Positions 8,000 through 17,763 of a stretch of 64,000 nucleotides of DNA are shown in pieces. The notes below the pieces were generated by a model. It was not told the DNA's origin. It worked only from the letters and a program-made list of their open reading frames with translations, and searched no databases. The DNA lies in contig CAWDEF010000001.1 of assembly GCA_963801275.1 (NCBI GenBank), positions 4,015,481 through 4,079,480 of the forward strand, given 5' to 3'. Origin of the DNA: an uncultured Acidobacteriota bacterium (GTDB lineage: Bacteria; Acidobacteriota; Thermoanaerobaculia; UBA5066; Gp7-AA6). Within the stretch, counting starts at the first letter, position 1. Each line of letters starts with the position of its first letter. A program made the position numbers and the translations under genes.

Positions 8000-10015
8000 G
8001 TGCTGAAGCTCCCGACCGAGCGCGTTCTCTTCGGGCTTCCGGGCACGGTCTTCTTCGGTCTTGTTCTGCTCGTGGCGCTCGTCGCCTTCGTGTATTCGGC
8101 CAGCCGGAGAATCCGGGTCCTTCTCGCGGGAGCCCCCGACCCGCGCTTCGACCGGATCGGGCTGCGGGTCCGAAAGACCCTCGAGTATGCCTTCGGGCAG
8201 AAGCGGATGTTCCGCGACCTGTACGCCGGCGTGTTTCACATCCTCATCTTTTCGGGCTTTGTCGTTCTGACCGTCCGCACGGTCGAGCTGGTCGTCGAAG
8301 GGCTCTTTCCGCATGTCGTGCTCCTGCCCGGCACGGCGGGTGACCTCTACACGCTCGCCAAGGACGTCTTCGAGGTGCTCGTGCTCGTGGGCGTCGCGCT
8401 GGCGGTCTACCGTCGGGCGTTCGCCCGTCCGGCGCGCCTCGACCTGACTCTCGACGCGTGGGTCGTGCTCTTCCTCATCGCGCTCCTGGTCGCCGCGGAC
8501 CTGGCGGCCGAGGGAGCCAAGGTCGCCCTGGCGCCGCAGCTTGCGAGCCCGTGGTCGCCCGCGGTCAACGCCGTGGCGCGCAGCCTCGCCGGAGCGTCGC
8601 CGGCCGTCCTCCAGGGTCTCTTCGAGTGGAGCTGGTGGACGCACCTCGTCGACATTCTGGTCTTCCTGAACTTCCTGCCGTACTCGAAGCACTTCCATAT
8701 CTTCACGGCGATCCCGAACGTCTTCTTCATGAAGCTCGACCCGGCCGGCCGGCTGACCACTCCGGATCTGGAGAAGTCCGAGCGCTTCGGCGTTTCGAGG
8801 GTCGAGGACCTGTCGTGGAAGTCGATGCTCGACGGATATGCGTGCACCGAATGCGGGCGCTGCCGGGAGGTTTGCCCGACCGTCCTGACCGGAAAGCCCC
8901 TCGACCCGCGGCTCCACATTGCCGCCGTGCGGGACGCGGTCTACGAGGCGACCCCGGCGATCCTCGCCGCGAGCTCCGGACGCGGGAATGGCGACGCCGC
9001 GCAGGGCCGGCGCGACCTGATCGGCGGTTGGGTTTCCGAGGACGCGATCTGGGCCTGCACGACCTGCGGATATTGCACCTCCGCCTGTCCGATCTTCATC
9101 GTCCCGGCCGTCGACAAGATCATCGAGATGCGGCGCTACCTGGTGCTCGACAAGGCGGAGTTTCCCAGGGAGATGCAGGCGGCCTTCCGGGGCATGGAAA
9201 CCAACGGCAACCCGTGGGGGATGGCTGCGGCCGGGCGCGCAGACTGGGCGAAGGAGCTGCCGGTCGTGACCATGGCCGAAGCGGAAGACAAGAACGTGGA
9301 GGTCCTCTTCTGGGTGGGCTGTGCCGGCTCCTACGAGGACCGCGCGAAGAAGGTCTCGAGAGCCCTGGTCGAGCTTCTCGCCTCGGCGGGCGTCTCCTTC
9401 GCGATCCTCGGCACCGAGGAGACCTGCAACGGGGACTCCGCGCGGCGCATGGGCAACGAGTACCTCTTCCAGATGCTGGCGCAACAGAACGTCGAGACCT
9501 TGAACGGGTACGGCGTCAAGAAGATCGTCACGAACTGTCCGCACTGCTTCAACGTGATCAAGAACGAATACCCGGACTTCGGCGGGCATTACGAAGTGGT
9601 GCACGGCACGGAGCTCGTGTCGCAGTTGATCGCGCAGGGCCGGCTCAGGATGGGAAGCGCGATCGAGGAGACGATCACCTTCCACGATCCCTGCTATCTC
9701 GGGCGGTACAACGGCGTCTACGACGCCCCCCGCCGGATCCTCGAGGCAATCCCGGGGCTGAAGTTCCAGGAGCTGCCGCGCTCGCGCGAGCGGGGACTCT
9801 GCTGCGGAGCAGGCGGCGGCCGGATGTGGATGGAGGAGAAGCTCGGGTCGCGGATCAACCAGGCGCGCATGAAGGAGATCGCCGAGACGGGGGCCGGCGC
9901 CGTCGGCGTGTCCTGCCCCTTCTGCATGGTCATGATCGGTAATGCCAGGGAGGAGATTGGCGCCTCGACGCAGCCCTTCGACGTCCTGGAGCTCGCGCGC
10001 CGGTCGATGGGGTAG
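8000..10015 (+). CDS. Membrane-anchored Fe-S oxidoreductase: N-terminal TM domain, 2x[4Fe-4S] ferredoxin motifs, C-terminal CCG domains (HdrD/GlpC/DsrK-like)
   Basis: GTG start. N-terminal hydrophobic helices, then CTECGRCREVCP and CTTCGYCTSACP ferredoxin motifs. C-terminal cysteine-rich CCG-type repeats: CNGDSARRMG...CPHC and CCGAGGG...CPFC. Confidence 0.7.
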   Translation: MLKLPTERVLFGLPGTVFFGLVLLVALVAFVYSASRRIRVLLAGAPDPRFDRIGLRVRKTLEYAFGQKRMFRDLYAGVFHILIFSGFVVLTVRTVELVVEGLFPHVVLLPGTAGDLYTLAKDVFEVLVLVGVALAVYRRAFARPARLDLTLDAWVVLFLIALLVAADLAAEGAKVALAPQLASPWSPAVNAVARSLAGASPAVLQGLFEWSWWTHLVDILVFLNFLPYSKHFHIFTAIPNVFFMKLDPAGRLTTPDLEKSERFGVSRVEDLSWKSMLDGYACTECGRCREVCPTVLTGKPLDPRLHIAAVRDAVYEATPAILAASSGRGNGDAAQGRRDLIGGWVSEDAIWACTTCGYCTSACPIFIVPAVDKIIEMRRYLVLDKAEFPREMQAAFRGMETNGNPWGMAAAGRADWAKELPVVTMAEAEDKNVEVLFWVGCAGSYEDRAKKVSRALVELLASAGVSFAILGTEETCNGDSARRMGNEYLFQMLAQQNVETLNGYGVKKIVTNCPHCFNVIKNEYPDFGGHYEVVHGTELVSQLIAQGRLRMGSAIEETITFHDPCYLGRYNGVYDAPRRILEAIPGLKFQELPRSRERGLCCGAGGGRMWMEEKLGSRINQARMKEIAETGAGAVGVSCPFCMVMIGNAREEIGASTQPFDVLELARRSMG

Positions 10016-10058
10016 CCGTGAGCCGAGCCGCCCGGCGGGAAGCGCCCCGAGGGGCGGT

Positions 10059-10640
10059 TCAGTCCGGGTCGCGGAGAACTCTCTCGATCCGGCGGTCCGG
10101 GACGAGCCAGATCAGGGCGACGATGGCGTAGAGCGCCTGCGCGATCGCCGGCAAGCGGAATGAGACGAAGATCGCGGCGACGTAGACGGCCGGCGAGAGC
10201 TTTCCCTTCCAGTCGCTTCCGACGGCCGTCCGAAGAAGCGAGCCAGCGCCCTGTGACGCAATGATCCTCTGCTGGAGGATCCAGTACGCGATCGCGGCCA
10301 TCAGGAGGACAGCCCCGTAGAGAGCCGATGGCGCCGGCGCGAAGTGGTTCTCGCCCATCCAGCCGGTCGCAAACGGAATCAAGGAAAGCCAGAAGAGCAG
10401 GTGGAGGTTGGCCCACAGGATCGGGCCCGTCACGCGCTGCGCCGCATGCAGCATGTGGTGGTGGTTGTTCCAGTAGATGCCGAGATAGACGAAACTCAGC
10501 ACGTAGGTGAAGAACACGGGAACGAGTGGTACCAGCGCTGCGACCGTCTCCCCGCGCGGCACCTTGAGCTCCAGGACCATGATCGTGATCAGAATGGCGA
10601 TCACGCCGTCGCTGAACGCCTCGAGCCGGTTCTTCCCCAT
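10059..10640 (-). CDS. DUF1211 / TMEM175-like potassium channel family protein
   Basis: N-terminal RLEAFSDGVIAI signature with about 6 predicted TM helices. Confidence 0.6.
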   Translation of the reverse strand: MGKNRLEAFSDGVIAILITIMVLELKVPRGETVAALVPLVPVFFTYVLSFVYLGIYWNNHHHMLHAAQRVTGPILWANLHLLFWLSLIPFATGWMGENHFAPAPSALYGAVLLMAAIAYWILQQRIIASQGAGSLLRTAVGSDWKGKLSPAVYVAAIFVSFRLPAIAQALYAIVALIWLVPDRRIERVLRDPD

Positions 10641-10681
10641 CCGTGATGCTCCTAGGATTCTTGGTCCTTTCCGGGAGCAGC

Positions 10682-11128
10682 CTATCTCCTCCGCGCGGTC
10701 CCGTTCGGCTCCCCGAACGCGTCGCGCAAGATCTCGATCACGGCCTCCTCGCCGGGCCTCTCGAGGATCGCGACGACGTCGAACCGGCAGGTCGGCAGTG
10801 TCCCGCCGCGCCTTCGAAGGTAGCCTTCCGCGGTGCGGACGATTCGCCTCCGCTTCTCCGCGGTGACGGCCTCCGCCGGGGATCCGAACGCGTCGCCGCT
10901 TCTTCCCTTGACCTCGACGAAGCAGAGGATGTCGTCTTCCAGCGCGACGAAGTCGATTTCGCCCGCGCGCGTGGAGAAGTTGCGCTCGAGGATCCGGTAG
11001 CCCTCCGCTTTGAGCGCCTTCTCGGCGACGCGCTCCCAGTCGAAGCCGACGCCGCGCGAGCCTCGGGGCCGCGCGGGGAACCCCTGGAGCCTCGCGGCGA
11101 TGCGGCGAGCCCAGGAAAGCGGCATCAT
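10682..11128 (-). CDS. yraN: YraN family (UPF0102) endonuclease
   Basis: 148 aa with the GEIDFVAL...VEVK core typical of YraN. Confidence 0.7.
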   Translation of the reverse strand: MMPLSWARRIAARLQGFPARPRGSRGVGFDWERVAEKALKAEGYRILERNFSTRAGEIDFVALEDDILCFVEVKGRSGDAFGSPAEAVTAEKRRRIVRTAEGYLRRRGGTLPTCRFDVVAILERPGEEAVIEILRDAFGEPNGTARRR

Positions 11129-11206
11129 GCGCGCATCTTAGCGGCCGCCTCCGCCGCGGCGCGGCCGCGTGCTAAAATCGATCGAAGTCTTCACAGAGGA
11201 AACGGG

Positions 11207-11911
11207 TTGAGCGACAGCGACCTGCAGTACACGTTCACGTGCCCGAGCTGTTCGGGAAACTACGCGATTCTTCTCGAGCGTATCCCGCCGGTACAGGCCC
11301 GTTTCCGGTGCCCGCACTGCCAGAAGCCGATGGACTTTCCCTCCCGGGAGGAGGCGCGTGTCTATGCCCGGCTTCAGGCGGAGAGCGCCGCGGCGGATCC
11401 GTCCGCCGCGTCCAATCCGCCGCGCGCACCCGATCCGCCGGAGGCGGCGCCCGCGCCGCCTGCCGCTGCGCCCCCCAAAGTGCCGGCCTGGACGGCGTCC
11501 AAGCCGGGCTCCCTGCCGCCCGACGGCAACGACACGGCCGTCGCCAACCAGAAGATCCGCGTCGAGAAGCAGGGTTTCGAGAGCGATGTCTTCGACCGGC
11601 GCGCCATCCGAAACCTGATTCGCACCGGCGAGGTTCTCGAAACGGACTTCGTGTCCGTGGACGGGGCAGCTCCCGTCGCGGCCGGGGAAGTGCCCTTCCT
11701 GAGCTCCCTCTTCAAGCTGCGATCGACATCGACCGCAGCGCCGCCGACCCGCTGCCGCACGCACACGGACCTGCTGGCTTTCTACAAGTGCCAGGACACG
11801 GCGCGGCCGCTCTGCGAGGAGTGCGCCCCGGAGAAGAAGTTCGGCAACTCCACGCTTCGCGTCTGCGCCCACTGCGGCGGAAGCGCCCAGGAGCTCGCCC
11901 CGACGGCTTGA
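11207..11911 (+). CDS. Zinc-ribbon domain protein with Pro/Ala-rich linker and a C-terminal second Cys cluster
   Basis: TTG start after AGGAAA. N-terminus CPSC...x17...CPHC (MJ0042-type zinc ribbon). C-terminus CRTH...C...CEEC...CAHC. The upstream part of the track ORF overlaps yraN and is rejected. Confidence 0.5.
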   Translation: MSDSDLQYTFTCPSCSGNYAILLERIPPVQARFRCPHCQKPMDFPSREEARVYARLQAESAAADPSAASNPPRAPDPPEAAPAPPAAAPPKVPAWTASKPGSLPPDGNDTAVANQKIRVEKQGFESDVFDRRAIRNLIRTGEVLETDFVSVDGAAPVAAGEVPFLSSLFKLRSTSTAAPPTRCRTHTDLLAFYKCQDTARPLCEECAPEKKFGNSTLRVCAHCGGSAQELAPTA

Positions 11912-11948
11912 TTTTCCCGGATCCCCTTCGATATCCTTCGCGTCCCTT

Positions 11949-12023
11949 GCGGGAATAGCTCAGTGGTAGAGCGCCACCTTGCCAAGGTGGATGTCGCGGG
12001 TTCGACCCCCGTTTCCCGCTCCA
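11949..12023 (+). tRNA. tRNA-Gly (anticodon GCC), CCA encoded
   Basis: 75-nt cloverleaf: acceptor GCGGGAA/TTCCCGC, anticodon stem CCACC/GGTGG with loop TTGCCAA, T-arm GGTTCGA. Near-identical to canonical bacterial tRNA-Gly(GCC). Confidence 0.9.
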
Positions 12024-12353
12024 ACCGGGTCCCGACATGGCGAGGTCCCAAGGCCCTACCAGGCTCAATCTTCGATTCCCTTTTACACTCTCGCCCGAAG
12101 CCTTTGCGGTAGCGTCTGCGGCCGGAGGCAGACGGGCAATCTGCTTTTCTCGAGCGGGATGCTTCGTGCGGGAGGTCGCGGGGCGAGGTTCCTTGGGTGC
12201 GTCGGAATGGAGCCTGATGCGAACCGGGACGCAAAACGGCTCCACTCGCGACTCGGCATCGAAGCGTCGGTCTTCCCGTTCGGCGGATGCGGAGATCGCG
12301 GACCCGGCGACAGCTTGAGCCGCTGGAGGTCCTTTATCGAGGGGAGGGCGTAG

Positions 12354-12746
12354 ATGAACCTTCTGTTTCCCCGGTTGCTCCAATTCAGTGACTTGTCATT
12401 GCTGTGCCTGCGTCTCATGGTGGCCGCGGTCTTTTTTACGAGTGGACTGTCGCATGCCCGGGATCCGGCCGGCCGCTCCGCGAGCATCGGCTTGAGTCCC
12501 CGGTTCACCCTGGTGCTGGGGTTGGTCGAGATGGCCGCCTCGCTCGGTGTCGCGCTGGGTGTCTTTACGCAAGTGACGGCCTTGGGTCTGATCGTGGTCT
12601 CGTTGGGCGCGATCCAGAAGAAGCTGCTCGTGTGGCACACGGGTTTCTGGGGCGACAAGACGTACGGGTGGCACTACGACCTGCTGTTCCTGGTCGCCAA
12701 TCTGGTGATCCTGACGACCGGCGGCGGCCGCCTCGTTCTCGTCTGA
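12354..12746 (+). CDS. DoxX family membrane protein
   Basis: 130 aa with four hydrophobic helices and a DoxX-like layout. Confidence 0.6.
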   Translation: MNLLFPRLLQFSDLSLLCLRLMVAAVFFTSGLSHARDPAGRSASIGLSPRFTLVLGLVEMAASLGVALGVFTQVTALGLIVVSLGAIQKKLLVWHTGFWGDKTYGWHYDLLFLVANLVILTTGGGRLVLV

Positions 12747-12803
12747 TCTGTCTGACCTGGTCGACACGGCCTCGAGATGCACGCACAAGATTAGGAGGAA
12801 GCC

Positions 12804-13475
12804 ATGAGCACCACCGCAACCCGCAGTGACGACGCGACCATGGACGCACGCGCCGGGAAGGTCGCCATGAAGCTCGAGGTCCTCGTCATCCCCGTCTCGG
12901 ATGTCGGCCGCGCGGCGGGCTTTTACCGGAAGCTCGGGTGGAGGGTGGACGCGGACATCGTGAAGGGTGCTTCCCGGTTGCTCCAGGTTACGCCTCCGGG
13001 CTCCCCGTGCTCGATCATCTTCGGCACGGGCATCACGCCGTCCGCCCCCGGCTCGGCCCAGTTTCTCCACCTCGTCGTCTCCGACATCGAAGCGGCCCGC
13101 GAGGAGCTCGTCCGAACCGGCGTCGACGCGAGCGAGGTCTTTCACGACGCGGGCGGGGGCTACAACCGATTCGACCCCGCCGCACGGGCGAGTGGCCCGG
13201 ATCCGCAGCGGCGCAGCTACGCGTCGTTCGCGACGTTTCGCGACCCGGACGGTAACGGCTGGGTGCTCCAGGAGATCACCACACGGTTCCCGGGCCGTAT
13301 CGACTCGAACGCGACGACGTTCGCCTCCGCGGCGTATCTGGCGAACGCGATGCGGCGCGCGGAGGCCGCCCACGGCGAGCACGAGAAACGCACCGGGCAG
13401 CGAGACGCGAACTGGCCCGAATGGTACGCGGCCTACATGGTGGCGGAGCAGGCCGGCAAGGAGCTGCCGTTGTGA
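12804..13475 (+). CDS. VOC (glyoxalase/bleomycin-resistance) family protein
   Basis: Strong RBS AGGAGG before the ATG. Two VOC-like halves ([14 protein letters not shown]..., [13 protein letters not shown]). Confidence 0.6.
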   Translation: MSTTATRSDDATMDARAGKVAMKLEVLVIPVSDVGRAAGFYRKLGWRVDADIVKGASRLLQVTPPGSPCSIIFGTGITPSAPGSAQFLHLVVSDIEAAREELVRTGVDASEVFHDAGGGYNRFDPAARASGPDPQRRSYASFATFRDPDGNGWVLQEITTRFPGRIDSNATTFASAAYLANAMRRAEAAHGEHEKRTGQRDANWPEWYAAYMVAEQAGKELPL

Positions 13476-13615
13476 TCGATTCCGACAAGAGTCATATCCG
13501 GATGCGGGTGGGTTCAAGCGAAGGGAGCGGGAAAGATGAGATTCGGCCCGGTGATGTGGTCTGGTGCCCTCCGGGTGACAAGCATTGGCACGGGGCCAGG
13601 GCAACCATGGCATGA
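13475..13615 (+). pseudogene. Cupin-fold C-terminal fragment (gene remnant)
   Basis: Only about 45 aa resembling the end of a cupin barrel ([19 protein letters not shown]). No start codon or N-terminal part. Confidence 0.3.
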
Positions 13616-14129
13616 CGTACATCACCATCCTGGAAGCGCTCGATGGCAGGACCGTCGACTGGATGGAGAGGGCAAGCGACGAGGAGTACCGGGCCGATCC
13701 GCTCCCTGACAAAGCATCGAAGCAAACTGACAAAAGTCGGCAGATTGCTTCGGATTCCCGGTTCGGCGGGTCTCATTTCCTCCTCCGACACTTCAAGGTC
13801 GCCGACATGGCGTGAGGACGCTGCGCAGTCGTTCCTTCCACCACTCGAGGGAGGCCGCGGCCGCGGGCATGGGATGAGAAACGGAGAGGGAACCCTTGAC
13901 CGGCATCTCCCGGCGAAATAGTCTTGTCGACCTGCCTGCGTGAGGGACGCCCCGGAGGGTATCCATTTGTCAGTCGTGCGACCCGCGACTACGCGAACTC
14001 GAGCGGCAGATTGGTGGGATCGCGGTAGGGAAGGGACGTCAGTCGCGCGCGGCCGTATTCGCAAGTTGAAAATTGATTCCGGAGCGTCCGAAATGAATCA
14101 ACCTGGCTAACGAGAAGGAGGAGGTCCTG

Positions 14130-17045
14130 ATGAAACCCTGGCGCCTCGCGGGTGCGTTGACCCTGTCGGCAGCGGCTGCCATAGCTTTCGTTGCGGCGAA
14201 CCGATCCAGCCCGCCGTCGGTGGGGAAGTCAGGTGGCAAGGCTCGGGCCGTCGGCAAGTTCAGGGATGACGCCGATAAGTTCAGAAACAAGATGACGATG
14301 CCCGGCCCGGAACAAGAGGGCGGGCCAATGGCCGCAGCCGAGGAGGATTACGCGAATCGCGCCTTCCCGGCCACCTACATCCCGTTCAAGCTGACGACGG
14401 GCGCGCAGAAGGGGTGGGGGAGGGCTAAATCATGGAAGCATAAGAACAAGGCGGGCACCTGGACCCTCATAGGTCCGAGCTCGGCAAATTTTCCTGATGT
14501 GCTCACCTTTAGCGGTGCTCCGTACACGACGTCCGGTCGAGTGACTGCCCTTGCCATCTCACCGAACTGCGGCCAGGGCCACTGCTACCTCTATCTCGCA
14601 GCAGCGGGGGGCGGTATCTGGAGAACGGACAAGGCGCTCCACACGAACCCCTCCCAGAAGTGGGAATTCATCTCCGGCAGCTTCGCTACCAATGCGATCG
14701 GAACGTTGGTGATCGACCCGAGTGACCCGACGGGGAAGACGCTCTACGCTGGGACAGGCGAGCCCAACGCGTCGGCCGATTCGGAAGCCGGCTTCGGAAT
14801 TTACAAATCGACCAACGGCGGCAACTCATGGACACATCTTGCGGCGAACACATCCGTGCCGACCGGGGCAGGGGTCGACTGCGGAGCCCCATTCGGCGTT
14901 CAGAACGCTCCCGCGTATAGCGGCCCTGCATTCGACGGACGCGCAATCTCCTCGATCGTCCTCGACGGCAGCACGATGTATGTGGGATCGACGCGCGCCG
15001 TGCGCGGCATCAGCTCCGTCTCGAGTGGTGGCGCCGTCACGCTTGCTCCCGGCCTCCCACCGTACGGGCTCTGGAAGTCTACCGACGGCGGAGCCAACTT
15101 CACGCTGCTGAACTACCAGGACGTTTGCTTGAACCCGACGCTTGCCGGTAGCGCCGGAATCATTCAGTCGAGCTTTGGTTCGGTGCGCGGCGTCAATGAC
15201 GCGAGCCTCGACCCGAGCACATCGAGCACCGTGTACGCTGCCGCGTTTCAAATGGGGGTGTGGCGCTCCACGAACGCCGGTGCGGCTTGGACTCAGATCA
15301 AGGCCCCGCTCAATGCAGGACTGAGCACCGACCGCGCTTCATTTGCTGTGACCAAGTTGGGGAACGGTAATACCCGGATGTACGTGGGCGTCGGAAATTC
15401 GAGCACCACCGCAGCGAATCAGGCGCGACTGTACCGCACGGACGATGCAGTGACCGCGACCAACGCGAGCTTCACCGACCTGACAGCGATGCAGCAAGCG
15501 TCGGCAGCGCCGAACCAGACATTGAACTACTGCACAGGGCAATGTTGGTATGACAACGTGGTTTACTCTCCACCTGGCAAGCCCGACGTCGTGTACCTGG
15601 GCGGTTCGTACGATTACGCCCAGTTCGGCTTGAGGAACAATGGCCGCGCGTTCATCCGCTCCATGGACGGTGGAGTCACCTTCACGGATATGACTTGGGA
15701 CGCGACAACGAAACCGACTCCGCCCAACACCTGCTGCCAGGGAAATCCAATTGCGCCAAATGGTCAGCACCCGGACTCGCACGCGATCGTCGAGGTGCCG
15801 GGTACCGATGCCGCGTTCTTCGGCACGGATGGCGGTCTGGTGCGCTCGAGCGGCAGTTTCACGGATATTTCCTATCAGTGCAGCTCCTATCGCGGGCTCA
15901 CCGGCACGAATCTCGCGTCGTGCCAGCAGCTCCTGTCGCAGGTCCCGACGAAGCTGTACACAACCTACAACGACGGGCTCTCGACGCTGCAGTTCCAGAG
16001 CGTCTCGGTCGACCCATCGAACGTGAAACACCTGATGGGCGGCACGCAAGATAACGGCACGTTCCAGACGACCGGGTCGACGACGGTGTGGCCGCAGGTC
16101 ATCTACGGCGACGGCGGCCAGTCCGGCTTCAGCGCGAGCAACGGCGCGCTGCGCTTCAATACGTTCACTGGACAGGCGAATGACGTGAATTTTCGCAACG
16201 GAGATCCCCTGAAGTGGGTCATCGCGAGTGGTCCGATCATCAACAGCCCCGAGGGATCGCAGTTCTATCCACCGGTCATCGCCGATCCACATCATGCAAG
16301 AGGAGGAACGATTTTCCAGGGCTCCCAGAGCATCTGGCGGACTCAGGATTGGGCCGGCGGCCAGGCGTACCTCGAAGCGAACTGTCCGGAGTTCACGACC
16401 TCGGCGGCCAACCCGGCCTGTGGCGACTTCGTGTCGATCGGTGCTCCTAACGCCATCCCCTCTCTCGGGTTCATCCTGACATTCACTGGCAACGTTGCGG
16501 CGATCGCACGCACCACATCTGATACCGGGACATTGTGGGCAGCGACGACGGACGGATTCGTCTTCATTTCGAAGAACGCGGACGATGCCACGCCAGCAAA
16601 TGTGATATTCACGCAGCTCGACTCGCTCGATCCGAGCAGTCCGAAAAGATTCGTCAGCGGCATCGCTATCGATCCCAAGAACACGAACCACGCATGGATC
16701 TCATACTCGAGCTATAGCTCGTTGACTCCGGCCACGCCGGGGCACGTGTTCTCGGTGACGTACGACCCGGTTGCGGGTACTGCGACATGGACAAATCTCG
16801 ACGGATCCGGCGCGACGGCGTTTCCGGACTTCCCCGCGACGGCGATTGCTCACGACTGGAATGGCGACCTTTACGTCGCGAACGATTGGGGCGTCCTACT
16901 GCTTCCCCACGGCTCCACCGACTGGGAAGTCGCCGGCACCGGTCTTCCCATGGTCGAGGTCGCGGGCCTCACGATCGTCCCAGGTTCACGGAAGCTCTTT
17001 GCCGCCACGCACGGCAGGAGCGCCTGGCAGCTCACACTGCCCTAG
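14130..17045 (+). CDS. Secreted BNR/Asp-box repeat protein (two beta-propeller-like halves)
   Basis: Strong RBS GAAGGAGGAGG and a signal peptide. Multiple S-x-D/N-x-G-x-x-W/F motifs: STNGGNSW, STDGGANF, STNAGAAW, SMDGGVTF. Confidence 0.7.
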   Translation: MKPWRLAGALTLSAAAAIAFVAANRSSPPSVGKSGGKARAVGKFRDDADKFRNKMTMPGPEQEGGPMAAAEEDYANRAFPATYIPFKLTTGAQKGWGRAKSWKHKNKAGTWTLIGPSSANFPDVLTFSGAPYTTSGRVTALAISPNCGQGHCYLYLAAAGGGIWRTDKALHTNPSQKWEFISGSFATNAIGTLVIDPSDPTGKTLYAGTGEPNASADSEAGFGIYKSTNGGNSWTHLAANTSVPTGAGVDCGAPFGVQNAPAYSGPAFDGRAISSIVLDGSTMYVGSTRAVRGISSVSSGGAVTLAPGLPPYGLWKSTDGGANFTLLNYQDVCLNPTLAGSAGIIQSSFGSVRGVNDASLDPSTSSTVYAAAFQMGVWRSTNAGAAWTQIKAPLNAGLSTDRASFAVTKLGNGNTRMYVGVGNSSTTAANQARLYRTDDAVTATNASFTDLTAMQQASAAPNQTLNYCTGQCWYDNVVYSPPGKPDVVYLGGSYDYAQFGLRNNGRAFIRSMDGGVTFTDMTWDATTKPTPPNTCCQGNPIAPNGQHPDSHAIVEVPGTDAAFFGTDGGLVRSSGSFTDISYQCSSYRGLTGTNLASCQQLLSQVPTKLYTTYNDGLSTLQFQSVSVDPSNVKHLMGGTQDNGTFQTTGSTTVWPQVIYGDGGQSGFSASNGALRFNTFTGQANDVNFRNGDPLKWVIASGPIINSPEGSQFYPPVIADPHHARGGTIFQGSQSIWRTQDWAGGQAYLEANCPEFTTSAANPACGDFVSIGAPNAIPSLGFILTFTGNVAAIARTTSDTGTLWAATTDGFVFISKNADDATPANVIFTQLDSLDPSSPKRFVSGIAIDPKNTNHAWISYSSYSSLTPATPGHVFSVTYDPVAGTATWTNLDGSGATAFPDFPATAIAHDWNGDLYVANDWGVLLLPHGSTDWEVAGTGLPMVEVAGLTIVPGSRKLFAATHGRSAWQLTLP

Positions 17046-17103
17046 CGGTGGTTCAACTCGGGCGGGATAGCGAACAACTATCCCGCCCGCTTCTTTTACG
17101 GCG

Positions 17104-17499
17104 ATGTCATTCTTAAAGAGCGTGATTCCAGCCTGCCTCTGTCTGGTTCTGGCCTGCACGGCATCGGTCGATGCCGCGCCGCCGGGCTTCCTGGAAGGGC
17201 ATTTGAAGATTTATTCGCCCAAGGAAGTCGAGCTTGCGGATGGCAACACTCCGACGAAAACGGCCGCAAACTACGCGGACTATCCGCTGCTCATACTGAG
17301 TCAGGACGGGAAGAAGGAAATCGCCCGGGTGACCGCGGATGGGGACGGGAACTACCGTACGGCGTTGCCGCCGGGCGCTTATGTTTTGGATGTGGTAGCG
17401 CGCAAGCGGGGTCATGTTCGCGCGAAACCGCGGCCGTTCAAGATTGTTTCGAGAGAGACGACCCGCGCCGACATGGACATCGACACCGGAGTTCGCTAG
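17104..17499 (+). CDS. Small secreted protein, carboxypeptidase-regulatory-like (transthyretin-like) fold suspected
   Basis: Signal peptide. DGNYRTALPPGAYVLDV resembles CarbopepD_reg domains. Confidence 0.4.
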   Translation: MSFLKSVIPACLCLVLACTASVDAAPPGFLEGHLKIYSPKEVELADGNTPTKTAANYADYPLLILSQDGKKEIARVTADGDGNYRTALPPGAYVLDVVARKRGHVRAKPRPFKIVSRETTRADMDIDTGVR

Positions 17500-17763
17500 G
17501 TCGCCTGGCGTCGTAGTGGCCACTCGGCTCGCGACCTGCCGGCCCCGGTTGGTCGAAACCTGTCCTGCGGCTGTGCCGTTGAGCCGGACGAGGTGACTTT
17601 TCGTGAGCGGCCGTGACGACGGGAGTCTCCAAAATGCAGAAGCCTCGCCTGATTCGCCAACCCGGTAGAAGGCTTGGGGCGCTCCGGAGCCGCGGAAGCG
17701 GCCTCGGATTAAGATCACCTACGGCATGAGCGCTGAGAGCCGGGTCGGCGGGTCTTTGGCGCG

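Noticed and set aside
6749-9685. 978-aa minus-strand ORF antisense to etfA and the Fe-S oxidoreductase
   Set aside because: No domain-like sequence, extreme Arg/Asp/Gly bias. The sense-strand genes have clear conserved motifs.
10643-11206. 5' extension of the zinc-ribbon ORF (track ORF 10643-11911)
   Set aside because: The extension overlaps yraN on the opposite strand and has no RBS. A TTG at 11207 after AGGAAA fits better.
12024-12353. Possible att direct repeat of the tRNA-Gly 3' end
   Set aside because: I could not find a copy of the tRNA 3' segment downstream by eye. The island hypothesis stays speculative, as noted in the findings.
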